Shown: positions 62,763 to 64,000 of the stretch, piece after piece
Numbering within the stretch: the stretch's first letter is position 1
Layout: the number at the start of each line of letters is the position of its first letter
The notes under the pieces: model-generated
The model's input: the letters and a program-made list of their open reading frames with translations, nothing else
What the model was told of the DNA's origin: nothing
Database searches by the model: none
Made by a program: the position numbers and the translations under genes
Origin: Candidatus Latescibacterota bacterium
GTDB taxonomy: Bacteria > Latescibacterota > UBA2968 > GCA-2709665
DNA length: 64,000 bases
Assembly: GCA_963662665.2 (NCBI GenBank)
Contig: CAXXJS010000051.1
Span: 1 to 64,000 of the forward strand
Direction: 5' to 3'

Positions 62763-64000
62763 ACGGTAACGTCCGTTTCGATTGCGTACTCGTCCGCCGA
62801 TTTCTCGGTGTCGCGGTGAACGTCTTCCTCCGGCAGTTCAGCCGCCGCCTCGCGCACGTCAAGTTTTCCCGTGACGACATCGGAAATCAGGCGGGTGCGG
62901 TATTCGTGGAGGAGGTCAATTTCGCGTTCAGCTCCTTGGATCGCCACATCAGATCTCGCTGTCTCAAAGTTAATCCACTCAAGAATTGTTGTCTGATCCG
63001 CCAGTGTGGGGTAAAGCAACCAACAGTCACCCAGCGCTTCACGGTTGATTTTGGGCATGGCAACCCGCATTGAGCATTCGACAGTGTATCTAGTCACATT
63101 GTTCGACAGAAGCAATTGCAAAAAAAATGAAGGGTTGATCTCATCCTTTCGCACTCGGATCGGGTATATGTCTGCGCTGCAAATTCCATCGACTGGAGAG
63201 ATCGCTGCCTTGCGCAGGTTCGGACGAATTTTGCTATAGACCACGTCTCCGGCAGTTACTTCGTGTTTTCCACTGTCAGCACCCTGTGCCTCTGCAGTCT
63301 CAAAATCCGTTATTTTTCCGAGCCTTGGCGCAATGTGGTTTGGCGCGATAAGTACCTTATGTCGGTGCTCTTCAAGGCGCGGATCAACCAGACTACTTGG
63401 GATGTAGGCCAAGAACTTAAGCCGCTTAACTGCCCAATGCATTGGAACCTCTCCTAGCCACCTCACGCCGGAGTCCCTGTAGGCCGGGAAGGGCTGGCCG
63501 GTTCGGACGTCGATCTTGCCCGTGACAGCCTGGTGGATGATGGCCTGCTTCTGCTCATCCAGCAGCACAATCAGCTTCTGCTTGGCGCGGATGTAGCGCT
63601 GGATGCGCCGGTCGGCGCGGTCGAGGAAGCGGACGATGGCGGCTTGTTCGGGCAGGGGTGGTATTACCACAATTAGAGCCTTGATCATACCGGAATTTAG
63701 TCCGTGCATGATCGAGCCCTTACCTGAGACCGTGATTTGTTGTTTTATATATGGGGACTCGTCAATTAATAACACAGCGAATTTAGGACAGATTGTATCG
63801 TCCAACCGCAACCGAAGTAAATGGGAATCCATTATGCCAGCGGCTGCACCGCTGGGAACACCGGCACACCTTCCGCTTGTACCCATCATTGTTACCAGTA
63901 GATCGCCGGGAAGTACTTCGCAAGCGGCAAGCTCATCGAACTTCTCTTGGCTGATAAATTTCGTTCCGCACAAGAAATCATTGGAAATTACATTGGCCTG
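62759..64000 (-). CDS. hsdS: Type I restriction-modification specificity subunit S (5' end beyond the window)
   Basis: PPLPEQAAIVRFLD, QAIIHQAVTG, DSGVRWLGEVP, EYRTRLISDVVTGK with two variable TRDs. Confidence 0.93.
   Translation of the reverse strand, partial: QANVISNDFLCGTKFISQEKFDELAACEVLPGDLLVTMMGTSGRCAGVPSGAAAGIMDSHLLRLRLDDTICPKFAVLLIDESPYIKQQITVSGKGSIMHGLNSGMIKALIVVIPPLPEQAAIVRFLDRADRRIQRYIRAKQKLIVLLDEQKQAIIHQAVTGKIDVRTGQPFPAYRDSGVRWLGEVPMHWAVKRLKFLAYIPSSLVDPRLEEHRHKVLIAPNHIAPRLGKITDFETAEAQGADSGKHEVTAGDVVYSKIRPNLRKAAISPVDGICSADIYPIRVRKDEINPSFFLQLLLSNNVTRYTVECSMRVAMPKINREALGDCWLLYPTLADQTTILEWINFETARSDVAIQGAEREIDLLHEYRTRLISDVVTGKLDVREAAAELPEEDVHRDTEKSADEYAIETDVTV

Overview
GC-rich bacterial chromosome segment; its ankyrin, Sel1, TPR, heparinase and restriction-modification content is reminiscent of marine invertebrate symbionts, which is an inference. 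From left to right it holds: the end of an island at tRNA-Ser (type I hsdM, IS1380); tadA and tRNA-Asn; an accessory islet with TA remnants, a Kef antiporter, REP-like palindromes, Sel1, a candidate structured RNA, a NYN nuclease and a HigA-SIR2 fusion; a housekeeping block (recG-pfkB-hflK-hflC-peptidase-coaE); an imuA-imuB-dnaE2-SRAP mutagenesis cassette with a palindromic operator; a second IS1380 copy inside an M16 peptidase pseudogene; mixed metabolic and ankyrin genes; and a type I R-M locus whose hsdS-hsdR gap carries HEPN, VapBC and HEPN/MNT cargo. The most unusual items are the HTH-SIR2 fusion with degenerate active-site motifs, the structured RNA next to the NYN gene, the candidate new SOS box, and repeated loss of toxins while antitoxins are kept. 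All family calls come from motif recognition by eye; no searches were run.
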